Part shown: one piece after another, positions 51,053-61,451 of the stretch
How the letters are laid out: every line of letters begins with the position of its first letter
How positions within the stretch are numbered: the first letter of the stretch is position 1
From: an uncultured Pelagibacteraceae bacterium
GTDB taxonomy: Bacteria > Pseudomonadota > Alphaproteobacteria > Pelagibacterales > Pelagibacteraceae
Assembly: GCA_902623785.1 (NCBI GenBank)
Contig: CACNVG010000001.1
Span: 74,714-138,713 of the forward strand
Length of the DNA: 64,000 nt
Direction: 5' to 3'
Notes under the pieces: model-generated
Seen by the model: only the letters and a program-made list of their open reading frames with translations
Databases searched by the model: none
Told to the model about the DNA's origin: nothing
Program-made: the position numbers and the translations under genes

Positions 51053-52530
51053 TTATTAGACTTTGTACTCAATAAAGACAACTGTGTCACTTTATTGTCT
51101 CCTAGATTATCAATTAATTTTACAGGATAATCACCTGTAAAATAATGATCAGTTAATTGTGGGTATATTGCGTTTCTTTTCTCATAACCCATTGCTCTAT
51201 ACAAACCATCAACACTTAAAAATTTAAGAGATTTTGCATCTATATATTTGCAAATCTCTTCATTGGTTTTATTAGCTGCTAAAAGTTCTTTTTTGGTAGG
51301 TGTATCAACACCATAAAAGTCTGGAAATCTAATTTCAGGTGACGCAATTCTCACATGGACCTCTTTTGCTCCAAAGTCATATAACATTTTTACTATTTTA
51401 TATGAGGTCGTACCCCTTACTAAAGAGTCATCAACTAAGATAATTTTTTTATTTTTAATGGTAGATTTATTTGCATTTAATTTTAATCTAACTCCGAGGC
51501 TTCTTATTTTTTGGGCTGGTTCAATAAAAGTTCTTCCCACATAATGATTTCTTATCAAACCGAGGTCAAAATTAATTTTTTCATGTTGGCTATAACCAAT
51601 AGCTGCAGCATTCCCTGAGTCTGGAACAGGAACTACTAAATCAGCATCAATACTAGTTTCTTTTGCAAGCTCCACTCCAAAATTTTTCCTATACTCATAT
51701 GCACACTTTCCATTGAGAATACTGTCTGGTCTTGAAAAGTAGATGTACTCAAAAACACATGGTCTAATTTTTTTTAATGGAAATGGTTTTAAACTAATAA
51801 GTTTTTTATTTTCAACATAAACAATTTCACCATTTTCAACGTCTCTGATGTATTTGGCTCCTATAATATCTAATGCACAAGTTTCAGAAGCAAAAACATA
51901 AGAGTCTTTTATTTTTCCTATAACCAGAGGTCGAATTCCAAAAGGATCTCTTACTCCAATAAGTAAATTTCTTGCTAACATTACGAGGGCATAGCCTCCT
52001 TGTATCTGAAACAAGGCATCAATTATTTTATCTATAACCTTTCCTCTTTTTGATCTTGCTATTAACTGGACAATTGTTTCAGTATCAGACGTGGTATAAA
52101 AAATTGCTCCGTCTTCAACTAATTTTTTTCTAAGAGTTATTGCATTTGTAAGATTACCATTATGAGCCACTCCTATTCCTCCAGTATTTGTGTCTGCGTA
52201 AAAAGGTTGAATATTCCTTAACGTTGTACCTCCAGTAGTACTGTATCTATTGTGAGCAATAGCAAAACTACCTGGTAGAGATTTTAAAACTTCTTCTTTA
52301 TTAAAATTATCACCGACTAATCCAAATCTTTTTTCTGAGTGATATTTTTTTCCATCAAAGGTTACGACTCCACAACCTTCTTGTCCTCTATGTTGTAAAG
52401 CATGTAAACCAAGTGTAGAAAGTGTTGATGCGTCTTGGTTGTCACTTATACCAAAAACACCACATTCCTCTTTTAGTTTTGGATTAAAGTTCTTGAACTT
52501 TCTCTTTAGTATCTTGGTAATTTTCTTCAT
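51049..52530 (-). CDS. purF: Amidophosphoribosyltransferase
   Basis: EECGVFG, LQHRGQE, HNGN, PVPDSG, VDDSLVRGTT. Confidence 0.97.
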   Translation of the reverse strand: MKKITKILKRKFKNFNPKLKEECGVFGISDNQDASTLSTLGLHALQHRGQEGCGVVTFDGKKYHSEKRFGLVGDNFNKEEVLKSLPGSFAIAHNRYSTTGGTTLRNIQPFYADTNTGGIGVAHNGNLTNAITLRKKLVEDGAIFYTTSDTETIVQLIARSKRGKVIDKIIDALFQIQGGYALVMLARNLLIGVRDPFGIRPLVIGKIKDSYVFASETCALDIIGAKYIRDVENGEIVYVENKKLISLKPFPLKKIRPCVFEYIYFSRPDSILNGKCAYEYRKNFGVELAKETSIDADLVVPVPDSGNAAAIGYSQHEKINFDLGLIRNHYVGRTFIEPAQKIRSLGVRLKLNANKSTIKNKKIILVDDSLVRGTTSYKIVKMLYDFGAKEVHVRIASPEIRFPDFYGVDTPTKKELLAANKTNEEICKYIDAKSLKFLSVDGLYRAMGYEKRNAIYPQLTDHYFTGDYPVKLIDNLGDNKVTQLSLLSTKSNN

Positions 52531-53029
52531 TTGGGAATTCTTTTATTAAATAATTGCTTCCCTTGAGAACATAAGGAAAGCTTATTGATTGGTCAAGATT
52601 TATTGGCCATTTATTATGATTATATATGATGTCTATTGTTGCAAAAATACATACTGAAATAACGTAAGCTCTTAAAAATCCAAAAAAGAATCCAAATATT
52701 TTATCTAAAGTACCAATTCCTGAGTAACTTACCGCTTTACCGATTCCTTTGTTAATCATTAAAACAATGAATAAAACAATTATAAAAATACTTACACCTA
52801 ACACAATATCTAAAACATATTCGTTATCCAAAATGCCCTCAACAAAAGGTTTTGCTTTTGGAAATAAATAAAGAGCAACAACATAAGAAAATAACCATTT
52901 ACTAGCTGATAGTACACTCAAAACAAAACCTTTAGATGAACATCTAATTAAAGACAATATTGTCAGAATTAGATAAATGAGGTCGAACAATTGAAATTTA
53001 TCAAAAAAATCTAAAAATTGATCAAACAT
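52484..53029 (-). CDS. cvpA: CvpA family membrane protein
   Basis: KGFV, DKIFGFFFG; upstream of purF. Confidence 0.85.
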   Translation of the reverse strand: MFDQFLDFFDKFQLFDLIYLILTILSLIRCSSKGFVLSVLSASKWLFSYVVALYLFPKAKPFVEGILDNEYVLDIVLGVSIFIIVLFIVLMINKGIGKAVSYSGIGTLDKIFGFFFGFLRAYVISVCIFATIDIIYNHNKWPINLDQSISFPYVLKGSNYLIKEFPNEENYQDTKEKVQEL

Positions 53030-55420
53030 TTAATTTTTTTCAAATGGCTGAATGTATAAAATTAAACTAGGTAATAAAGTAAGCACTAGTATCATTGCTA
53101 AAAACATTGCAATTCCTGTAAAAACTCCAAAATAAATTGTAGGAATGAAATTAGAAAGAACAAGTATTGAGAAACCAAAAATTATAGTAATTGATGTGTT
53201 TAATATTGCTACGCCTACTGTAGAGTGGCACAATCTTATTGAGTCTTCGTAGTTTTTATTTTTTTCATATTCCTCTTTGAAACGATAGATGTAGTGAATA
53301 CTATTATCAACAGCAATCCCGATTGTTATAGCGGCTATGGTTATTGTCATCATATCAAGCGGGATACCCAAAACTCCTATTAAGCCTAAAATTGAAAATG
53401 CAGCAATGAAATTTGGGACAACACCGATTAAAGAAATTTTAAAATTTCTAAACAATACTAAAAACATTGCCATAATTCCAAACATAACAAGGCCTAAAGT
53501 TAATATTTGAGACTTAAATAAACTTTGTAAAAGATTATTAAATAAAATTAGAACACCTCCCAATTTAAATTCATCTTTACTTAAACCAATTTCATTTTGC
53601 ATGTCAAAATTAATCTTTTTAATTAATTCATTTCTTCTTAAATTTTTAGATGAATCTTTTATTCTCAAACTTATTCTAGCTTCATTATCTTTAATTGAAA
53701 TGTAAGGGTCAATAATTTCATTTTTAACTGCTTCAGGAATTTTACTATACAAGACCCCCATCTCTAAAGTCCCTAGTTCTTTGTTATTATTTAATTTTGT
53801 AGCTACCTGAATAATCGATGAAAAAGACAGTACTTTTCCAACGTGTTCCGTATTTTCTAAGTAATTATGAACTTTATTTATTTTATCAATTTTATCTTTT
53901 GTAAACCAATACTTACTTTCATCACCACCTTCGTCATCCCAGTCCTTAAACTCGTCATCTTCTTCAGCAGTTTCATTATTTTTTTTTCCAGAAAATTTTA
54001 AAATAATTTCCAAAGGCGTCGTTCCACCAAGTTTTTCATCAATTAATTTCATACCTTGATAAATTTCAGTATCTTTACTAAAATAATTTATAAAACTATT
54101 TTCAACTTTTAATTTTGATATTCCAAAAATACTAAAAATAATCAAAAAAATTGAGACTAAAAATACTAAATTTGTTTTTTCTATTGAAAATTTAGAAAGT
54201 GGATCAGTTAAGAAAGATAAAGATTTTTCGTGAATATCGATTTCTTTTGAGTAAAAAATTCCTAGCAATGCAGGAAGTAATGTAAAAGTTATTAAAAAAG
54301 AAGTTATCAATCCAAAAGTCATCATCCATCCAAAATCAATAATTGGTTTAATGCCACTAAAAATTAAGGAGAGAAAAGCACAAATTGTTGTTAACACAGT
54401 GTAAATTATAGGCCAAACCATTTTAGATGTTGCGATTTTTAAAACTTCGAAATTATTAAGATCTGAATGAGTTTTAGCTAACTGAATATATCTTGTGCTT
54501 ATGTGAATGTTCATAGCCATTGTAAGTATCAACATCATGGCTATAAAATTTGATGATATAACTGTGACTTTCCAGTTCATTAAACCCAAAAATCCAATCA
54601 TTATTATTACTGCAAAAAAACAACTACAGATTGGAATTGTAATCCAAAGGACTTTTTTAAAAACAAACCACAAAGTAATTATAATAAAAACAAAAACACC
54701 GATACCAAACACAATAATATCCTTTTTAATAAATGTCATCATGTCATCAGCAATCATCGGTATACCTCCTAGATGAATTCTTCCAATATCTTTAAAAGAG
54801 TCAATTACGTCTCTTATTTCTTCAATATTTTCATGATTCTCAGATTTTAGTTTATCTTTGTATTCCTCGAATTCTTTTTTATTATCAAATGCAGATGACT
54901 CTAAAATTTTTTTTCTTTTTAAATTAACTATAATACCTGTGGTTGTTGCATCCTCACTTATCACCAAGTTTTTAAAAACTGGACTATTCAAAATTTCATT
55001 AAATGCTCGGTCCTTGTCTATATTTTCATCTTTCAAAGTTCTAAAATTTTTAATACGATCCATAAGTGGTTCATCTGAACTTTCAAGTAGAGGAACATCT
55101 AATATTGTAACGACACTATCAACCCAATCTAGACTCTGTATCTTATATTTTAAACTTAAGATATTATTAATCGAGCTTTCAGATGTTAAAGCTTCTTTCG
55201 GTATAAATGTAAGAACTAAAAAATCCTTAGACTTATATCTTTGATTTATCTCTTTTAGGTATTCTAAATCTGGATCCCCTTCTATAAGTAAAGTTTCTGA
55301 AGATGCATCAAGCCTAAAATCTTTTGTATTAATTAGAAAAAAAGAGGTAACAAAAATTAATATTAAAAAGACTATACGTGGATTTTTTAAAATTAGTGAT
55401 TGGTATAGATTAGAAAACAT
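53030..55420 (-). CDS. MMPL/RND family transporter
   Basis: Two membrane repeats; GIAVDNSIH; large periplasmic loops. Confidence 0.88.
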   Translation of the reverse strand: MFSNLYQSLILKNPRIVFLILIFVTSFFLINTKDFRLDASSETLLIEGDPDLEYLKEINQRYKSKDFLVLTFIPKEALTSESSINNILSLKYKIQSLDWVDSVVTILDVPLLESSDEPLMDRIKNFRTLKDENIDKDRAFNEILNSPVFKNLVISEDATTTGIIVNLKRKKILESSAFDNKKEFEEYKDKLKSENHENIEEIRDVIDSFKDIGRIHLGGIPMIADDMMTFIKKDIIVFGIGVFVFIIITLWFVFKKVLWITIPICSCFFAVIIMIGFLGLMNWKVTVISSNFIAMMLILTMAMNIHISTRYIQLAKTHSDLNNFEVLKIATSKMVWPIIYTVLTTICAFLSLIFSGIKPIIDFGWMMTFGLITSFLITFTLLPALLGIFYSKEIDIHEKSLSFLTDPLSKFSIEKTNLVFLVSIFLIIFSIFGISKLKVENSFINYFSKDTEIYQGMKLIDEKLGGTTPLEIILKFSGKKNNETAEEDDEFKDWDDEGGDESKYWFTKDKIDKINKVHNYLENTEHVGKVLSFSSIIQVATKLNNNKELGTLEMGVLYSKIPEAVKNEIIDPYISIKDNEARISLRIKDSSKNLRRNELIKKINFDMQNEIGLSKDEFKLGGVLILFNNLLQSLFKSQILTLGLVMFGIMAMFLVLFRNFKISLIGVVPNFIAAFSILGLIGVLGIPLDMMTITIAAITIGIAVDNSIHYIYRFKEEYEKNKNYEDSIRLCHSTVGVAILNTSITIIFGFSILVLSNFIPTIYFGVFTGIAMFLAMILVLTLLPSLILYIQPFEKN

Positions 55421-55441
55421 TACTAAATATATATCTTATAT

Positions 55442-56857
55442 TTAAGTATTTGAAGCGTCATTAAATTTAGTAAACATTTCCTCAAATTCTAATGTGATTT
55501 TGCCGGTAGGACCGTGTCTTTGTTTACCAATTATCAACTCTGCTAAATGCGAAATTTCATTCATTTTGGCTTGCCATTCTGCATGTTCAACAGTCGCAGG
55601 CCTGGGTTCTTTACTTTTTAGATAGTAAGATTCTCTGTAGACAAACATTACAACATCTGCATCTTGCTCTATAGATCCAGACTCTCTTAAATCAGATAAT
55701 AAAGGTTTTTTATCATCTCTTGTTTCAACTGCTCTAGATAATTGCGAAAGAGCCAAAACAGGCACAGCAAGTTCTTTTGCAAGAGCTTTAAGTCCTTGGG
55801 TAATTTCAGAAATCTCCTGAACTCTTCCTTCTTTAAAATTTGACGCTCTCATCAATTGTATATAATCAACCACAACCATATCTAAACCATATAGTCTTTT
55901 AATTCTTCTAGCCCTATTAGATAGCGCTGCAATGGTGATTGCTGGTGTTTCGTCTATGTAAAGTGGCAATTCTGAAATATTTTTTGATGTTTCTAAAAAC
56001 TGCTCAAATTGTTCTTCAGATATTTTTCCTCTTCTAATATCATTTGATTTTATTCTTGATTGTTCCGCTAAAATTCTTGTTGATAATTGCTCAGAAGACA
56101 TTTCAAGAGAAAAAAATGCTATACAAGATTTTCTATTTGCTTTTTGAATACTTGTTGCAGCATTAAAAGCAATATTAGTTGCTAAAGCAGTTTTACCCAT
56201 GGCAGGTCTTCCAGCAATAATTACCAAATCAGATTTATGTAAACCACCTAATCTGTCATCTAGATCCCGTAAGCCCGTGGGAACACCAACAATACCCTCT
56301 TCATTTTTGTATGCATTAGAAGCCATATCTATTGTTTGTCTCACAGCTTCATCAAACTTAATTATATTAGAGCTTAAAGTTCCTTTTTCAGCTAAGTCAT
56401 AAAGTATTTTTTCTGAGTTTTCTATAATAGTTTTTCCATTAATATTTATGTCATTTAATTTTGCGCTATCAATAATATTCTCAGAAATTTTAATTAATTC
56501 TCTTCTTACAAACATGTCATATATAATTTTAGAGTACTCAATTGTTTGTCTCACCGAGGTAGAAAACTTGGTAATTTTTATTAAATACTCCGGAACATCC
56601 AATTCATCTTTTTCATTTTCAAAATAATTTTTGAGTGTAATTGGGTTTGCTAATAACCCCTTATAGATAAGATTTTGAATTGCTCCAAAAATTTTTTGAT
56701 GCAATGGATCAAAAAAATTTTTTTCAGTGATAATAGAGTTAACCTCATCGAACATTTCATTTTGCGTCAATATAGATCCAATAACTGATTGTTCAGCTTC
56801 TATATTATTAGGCAATTCTTTGAAATTTTCTTTAATTAAACTTATGTTTCTACTCAC
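55442..56857 (-). CDS. dnaB: Replicative DNA helicase
   Basis: AEQSVIG, GRPAMGKT, FSLEMS, DYIQL, SQLSR, RESGSIEQDAD; GTG 56857 or TTG 56872 start; no intein. Confidence 0.97.
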   Translation of the reverse strand: MSRNISLIKENFKELPNNIEAEQSVIGSILTQNEMFDEVNSIITEKNFFDPLHQKIFGAIQNLIYKGLLANPITLKNYFENEKDELDVPEYLIKITKFSTSVRQTIEYSKIIYDMFVRRELIKISENIIDSAKLNDININGKTIIENSEKILYDLAEKGTLSSNIIKFDEAVRQTIDMASNAYKNEEGIVGVPTGLRDLDDRLGGLHKSDLVIIAGRPAMGKTALATNIAFNAATSIQKANRKSCIAFFSLEMSSEQLSTRILAEQSRIKSNDIRRGKISEEQFEQFLETSKNISELPLYIDETPAITIAALSNRARRIKRLYGLDMVVVDYIQLMRASNFKEGRVQEISEITQGLKALAKELAVPVLALSQLSRAVETRDDKKPLLSDLRESGSIEQDADVVMFVYRESYYLKSKEPRPATVEHAEWQAKMNEISHLAELIIGKQRHGPTGKITLEFEEMFTKFNDASNT

Positions 56858-56924
56858 AACTAATTTATACAATCTTTTTTTAATTAAAGAATGAATAAAA
56901 GCTATTGGGGAAAAGATTGTATAA

Positions 56925-57383
56925 TTATTTTATATTTTCTTCTGGAATAACCTTGATGTTTATTTCAGCCTGAACTTCAGAGTGAAGGTTAACTCTAACC
57001 TTAAATGCTCCTACAGATTTAATTTCTTTCAATGGTTGTATAGATGAAGGTTTTATATCTTGACCTTCCTTTTTTTGAATAAGCTTAGATATTTCAGTAG
57101 GTTTTATCGACCCATACAAGTCTTTATTTTCTGTCACTAATTTCTTAACCTCGAAAATCTTGTTATTCAATTTTTCGTAAATTTGTTTCGCTATTTTTTT
57201 CTTTTCCAAATCTTTTTTTGAAAGTTCATCTTTTTTTTTCTCTACATGTTTAATATTTTCTTTAGAAGCGTAAAGAGCTTTTTTATTTGATATTAAAAAA
57301 TTTCTGGCAAAACCCCTTTTAACATTTATTACGTCACCTATGGCACCAATTTTGGAAATATTTTCTAATAAAATAACTTTCAT
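56925..57383 (-). CDS. rplI: 50S ribosomal protein L9
   Basis: MKVILL, VKRGFARNFL, LYGSI. Confidence 0.96.
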   Translation of the reverse strand: MKVILLENISKIGAIGDVINVKRGFARNFLISNKKALYASKENIKHVEKKKDELSKKDLEKKKIAKQIYEKLNNKIFEVKKLVTENKDLYGSIKPTEISKLIQKKEGQDIKPSSIQPLKEIKSVGAFKVRVNLHSEVQAEINIKVIPEENIK

Positions 57384-57384
57384 T

Positions 57385-57657
57385 TCAAATTAAAGCTAAA
57401 TTTCTTGCTCTTTTAATTGATAAAGATAGCTCCCTTTGTTTTTTCTGAGAAACATTAGTTATTCTTGATGGTAAAATTTTACCGTTTTCAGATACATATC
57501 TTTTAAGTAGTTTTATATTCTTGTAGTCTATCTTTGGTGAATCTTTTAGAGACAGCGGACAGCTTTTTTTTAATTTAAATTTGTTTGGTTGAAATATACT
57601 TAGCTTTGAGAAATTATTTGATTTATTCTTTTTTTGATTACTTTTTCTATTTTTCAT
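57385..57657 (-). CDS. rpsR: 30S ribosomal protein S18
   Basis: [25 protein letters not shown]. Confidence 0.96.
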   Translation of the reverse strand: MKNRKSNQKKNKSNNFSKLSIFQPNKFKLKKSCPLSLKDSPKIDYKNIKLLKRYVSENGKILPSRITNVSQKKQRELSLSIKRARNLALI

Positions 57658-58024
57658 TCGTTTTGGCTTTATTTTTTATTTTCTTTGATTCTAAAGTTTT
57701 TTCATCATTAGAAAAATAATTTTCGTTCAAATCAAATTTTTTTACTCTAATAGTCACAAATCTTAACAAGTTTTTGTCTATTCTCTCACTTTTTTCTAAT
57801 TCCTTTATCAAACTACCATCACCTTGTATTTTAAAATGTATATAATTACCTTTTTTATTCTTTTTAATTAAATAAGATAAATTCATTAAACCCCAGTCTT
57901 GTGTTTGAACAAGCTTCCCTTTGTTTTCAGTGATCAAAGTACTATATTTGTCTTTAATCGTTTTTATTTGCGCTGGACTAGTGTCTTGTCTAGTAATAAT
58001 AGTATGTTCGTATAGGCTTGTCAT
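57647..58024 (-). CDS. rpsF: 30S ribosomal protein S6
   Basis: YEHTII, WG---LSYLIKK---G-Y; ATG 58024. Confidence 0.93.
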   Translation of the reverse strand: MTSLYEHTIITRQDTSPAQIKTIKDKYSTLITENKGKLVQTQDWGLMNLSYLIKKNKKGNYIHFKIQGDGSLIKELEKSERIDKNLLRFVTIRVKKFDLNENYFSNDEKTLESKKIKNKAKTNEK

Positions 58025-58093
58025 ATAATTATATAAAAAAAATGGATATACTATTATAATAGTTTTATTACAAGACAAAAAATTAAAAAAAAG

Positions 58094-59023
58094 ATGTTTT
58101 CAGTAGTTTTTCCAGGCCAGGGTTCCCAAAAAGTTGGAATGGTTAGAGAATTATACCATAAATATGATTTAGTTAAAAAATTAATAAATGATGCAGATCA
58201 GATTTTAGAAACACCAATAAAAAAAATAATATTTGATGGACCAGAACATGATTTAAATTTGACTGAAAATACGCAGCCAGCAATTTTTCTTGCTAGTTAT
58301 TCAATATTTCAAGTTACAAAAAAAGAATTTGGGTTTAACTTTAAAAATGCAAAACATTTTGCTGGCCATTCACTTGGAGAATATACAGCGTTAGCGTGCG
58401 CGAACTCAATTTCTTTTGAAGATGCTTTAAGGATTTTAAAAAAAAGGGGAAAATTTATGCAAGAAGCTATTCCTAACTCAGAGGGTGGGATGATTGCAGT
58501 AATGGGAAGCAATATTAAAACTATTGAAACAATTTTAAATGAAAATAAAAAAAATTACGAATGCTTTATTGCAAATGATAATTCAAATCAACAAGTTGTT
58601 GTTAGTGGTCTTATTAAAGATATCGAAAAATTTTCCGAAGACCTTAATTTAAAAAAAATTAAAAATATAAAACTAAAAGTGAGCGCTCCATTTCATTGTA
58701 AATTAATGAAAAGTGCTTCTGAAAATATGTCAAAATACATTTTAGACCTTGAAATGAAAGAGCTTGAAAGCCCAATTGTTTCGAATGTAACTGCACGCTC
58801 TACGTCCACTCCTCAAGAAATAAAAAAACTCTTAATATTACAAATTGAGGAAAAAGTTAGATGGGTTGAAAGTATAAACTTCATGCTTAAGGATGGAATT
58901 AATAAATTTATAGAAATTGGCCCAGGAAAAGTGTTATCTGGATTGATTAAAAGAATAAATAGAGATACAAAGATTACTTCTATTAACAATGAAGAAGATA
59001 TGAAAGCTTTAGCAAATGATTAA
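58094..59023 (+). CDS. fabD: Malonyl-CoA-ACP transacylase
   Basis: FPGQGSQ, GHSLGE, SAPFH, EIGPG. Confidence 0.96.
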   Translation: MFSVVFPGQGSQKVGMVRELYHKYDLVKKLINDADQILETPIKKIIFDGPEHDLNLTENTQPAIFLASYSIFQVTKKEFGFNFKNAKHFAGHSLGEYTALACANSISFEDALRILKKRGKFMQEAIPNSEGGMIAVMGSNIKTIETILNENKKNYECFIANDNSNQQVVVSGLIKDIEKFSEDLNLKKIKNIKLKVSAPFHCKLMKSASENMSKYILDLEMKELESPIVSNVTARSTSTPQEIKKLLILQIEEKVRWVESINFMLKDGINKFIEIGPGKVLSGLIKRINRDTKITSINNEEDMKALAND

Positions 59024-59753
59024 TTTAAAAAATAAAAAAATTGTTCTTACTGGAGCCACTGGAGGTATTGGAAATTCAATCGTTGAAAATTTTCATAATT
59101 TAGGAGCAAATATTTTGTGCACCGGAACAAATGAGGAAAAACTAAATTTGATAAAAAAAAGTTTTACTAATGTAAAAATTTTAAAATTTGATATTTCGAA
59201 ACACTCTGATATTGAAAAGTTTGTTGAAGATACTTGTAAATTATTTGATGGAGCGCCAGAAATTCTAGTTAATAACGCAGGTATAACAAAAGATAATTTA
59301 TCTCTTAGAATGTCGAAAGAAGAATGGGACGAAGTTATAAATTTAAATTTAACTTCAACTTTCCTTTTAAGTAAATTTTTTTTAAAAAAAATGATAAAAA
59401 ATAAATACGGAAAAATAATTAATATCACGTCTGTAGTTGGTCACACTGGCAATGTAGGTCAAGCAAATTATGCCGCTTCCAAATCTGGAATAATTGGTAT
59501 GAGTAAAAGTTTAGCTTTAGAGTATGCAAAAAAAAATATAAATATTAATTGTATATCTCCTGGGTTTATTCAAACAAAAATGACTGAAAAAATTGATCCG
59601 AAACACAAAGATATGATTTTATCTAAAATCCCATCATCTCGGCTTGGAAAACCTGAAGATGTAGCTTATCTAACCGCCTTTTTATCTTCAGATTTATCAA
59701 ATTACATAACAGGTGAAACTATTCATGTTAATGGAGGTATGTATTTGGGTTGA
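59016..59753 (+). CDS. fabG: 3-oxoacyl-ACP reductase
   Basis: TGATGGIG, NNAGIT-D, YAASK, VNGGM. Confidence 0.95.
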   Translation: MINLKNKKIVLTGATGGIGNSIVENFHNLGANILCTGTNEEKLNLIKKSFTNVKILKFDISKHSDIEKFVEDTCKLFDGAPEILVNNAGITKDNLSLRMSKEEWDEVINLNLTSTFLLSKFFLKKMIKNKYGKIINITSVVGHTGNVGQANYAASKSGIIGMSKSLALEYAKKNININCISPGFIQTKMTEKIDPKHKDMILSKIPSSRLGKPEDVAYLTAFLSSDLSNYITGETIHVNGGMYLG

Positions 59754-59777
59754 CAAAAGTTCTTTTTTATTTATTAA
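59750..59777 (+). promoter_or_regulatory. Putative acpP promoter
   Basis: TTGACA overlapping the fabG stop, 16-nt spacer, TATTAA. Confidence 0.45.
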
Positions 59778-59801
59778 GAAAAAATCAAACAAAGGATCAA
59801 A

Positions 59802-60041
59802 ATGGCAGAAGAAATATCAAGTAAAGTAAAAAAAATAGTTGCAGATCACTTAGGAATAGATGAAGCCAAAGTAACTGAAGAATCAAGTTTCATTGATGAC
59901 TTAGGTGCTGATAGTTTAGATACAGTTGAATTAGTAATGGCATTCGAGGAAGAGTTTGGATCAGAAATTTCCGATAGTGAAGCTGAGAAGATATTAACTG
60001 TAGGTGATGCAATTAAGTTTATAGAAAGTAAAAGTAATTAG
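59802..60041 (+). CDS. acpP: Acyl carrier protein
   Basis: [12 protein letters not shown]. Confidence 0.98.
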   Translation: MAEEISSKVKKIVADHLGIDEAKVTEESSFIDDLGADSLDTVELVMAFEEEFGSEISDSEAEKILTVGDAIKFIESKSN

Positions 60042-60047
60042 TTATTA

Positions 60048-60677
60048 ATGCCTTCAAAGAAAGAAGGGGTTATGATAGTTCTTTCATCCCCGTCAGGTGC
60101 CGGCAAAACAACATTAGTTAAACTTTTGTCGCAAAGGAATGATTATATTACCTCAATTTCGCACACAACTAGAAAACCCAGATCTAACGAAATTAACGGC
60201 AAAGATTATTTTTTTGTAAATGAGACTGAGTTCATGAAAATGATCAATCAAGATGAATTTCTTGAATACGCAAAAGTATTTAATAATTTTTACGGTACTA
60301 CAAAATCAAATGTTATTTCAAATTTGGATAATGGAAAGAACGTAATATTTGATATTGACTGGCAAGGAACTGATCAGATTATAAAAAAAAAGTTAAAGTT
60401 TAAACTGATAACTTTTTTTATTTTACCTCCAAGTAAAGATATTTTGTACAAAAGACTCTCAAATAGAGATATGAAAGATAAGTTGATCGCTGAAGAGAGG
60501 ATGAAACAATTTGATAAAGATGTTCTACACTGGCAAAGATATAATTACGTAATAATTAATAAAGATTTAGAAAAATGTTATCAAGAAATATTTAACTTAA
60601 TAAATAGTGAAATAAATGCATTACCTATAGAATACAATATTAATTATATTAAAAAACATATTGATAAATTAACTTAA
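60048..60677 (+). CDS. gmk: Guanylate kinase
   Basis: [23 protein letters not shown]. Confidence 0.96.
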   Translation: MPSKKEGVMIVLSSPSGAGKTTLVKLLSQRNDYITSISHTTRKPRSNEINGKDYFFVNETEFMKMINQDEFLEYAKVFNNFYGTTKSNVISNLDNGKNVIFDIDWQGTDQIIKKKLKFKLITFFILPPSKDILYKRLSNRDMKDKLIAEERMKQFDKDVLHWQRYNYVIINKDLEKCYQEIFNLINSEINALPIEYNINYIKKHIDKLT

Positions 60678-61451
60678 AGAGTTCTCAAATTCTTTTGTAA
60701 TCTCAAAATATTTTTCAATTGAAATATTTTGGGGTCTATCAAAAGGATTTATATTAAATTTAGAATAATCAAAACTTTTTTTAAAAAGAATATTAATTGG
60801 TTTTTTAATCATTTTTCTTCTTTGACTAAAAAAAACATTTGTTACTTTTCCAATATTTTTAGGATCCTTTATAAGAAATTTCTTTTTTTTTGGCAAAAAC
60901 TCTAAAATAGAGCTCTGAACTTTAGGTTTTGGAAAAAAAGAATTTGGGCTTACATCACAAATTTTTTTAATATTAAATTTCCAATTAGCCAAGATTGTTA
61001 GACGACCGTATTTATTTGTGTTAACTTTTGCAATTATTCTATCTGCAACTTCTTTCTGAAACATCAATACCAATTTTGTCACTAATAAAAATTCATCTAA
61101 GCAAAATTGAGTTAAAATCTTAGTGGATATATTGTAGGGTAAATTTCCAAATATTATAAAGTTCTTATTTTTATAAAAGTCAGATGAAATCTCAAGAATA
61201 TCATTAGTAATTATTTCTACTTTACTTTCGAATCTTTTTTTTAATTCATTTGAAAGTACTTTATCTTTTTCTATTAAAAAAATTTTTTTCGGTTTTTGAG
61301 AAATTATATGTGCGGTAAGATTTCCTGTACCCGGGCCTATTTCCAAGACTTGATCATTATTTTTTATGTTTCCTTGCTTGACTATTATTTTTAAAATATT
61401 TTGATCGTGTAAGAAGTTTTGTCCCAAACTTTTCTTTGGTCTATTTAACAT
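60669..61451 (-). CDS. rsmA: 16S rRNA dimethyladenosine transferase
   Basis: [25 protein letters not shown]. Confidence 0.96.
   Translation of the reverse strand: MLNRPKKSLGQNFLHDQNILKIIVKQGNIKNNDQVLEIGPGTGNLTAHIISQKPKKIFLIEKDKVLSNELKKRFESKVEIITNDILEISSDFYKNKNFIIFGNLPYNISTKILTQFCLDEFLLVTKLVLMFQKEVADRIIAKVNTNKYGRLTILANWKFNIKKICDVSPNSFFPKPKVQSSILEFLPKKKKFLIKDPKNIGKVTNVFFSQRRKMIKKPINILFKKSFDYSKFNINPFDRPQNISIEKYFEITKEFENSLS

Noticed and set aside
22973-58078. Long N-terminal extensions in the ORF track for dctM, pxpC, the IscU-like gene, gshA and rpsF
   Set aside because: Downstream ATGs fit family N-termini and operon coupling better; the extensions are longest-ORF artefacts.
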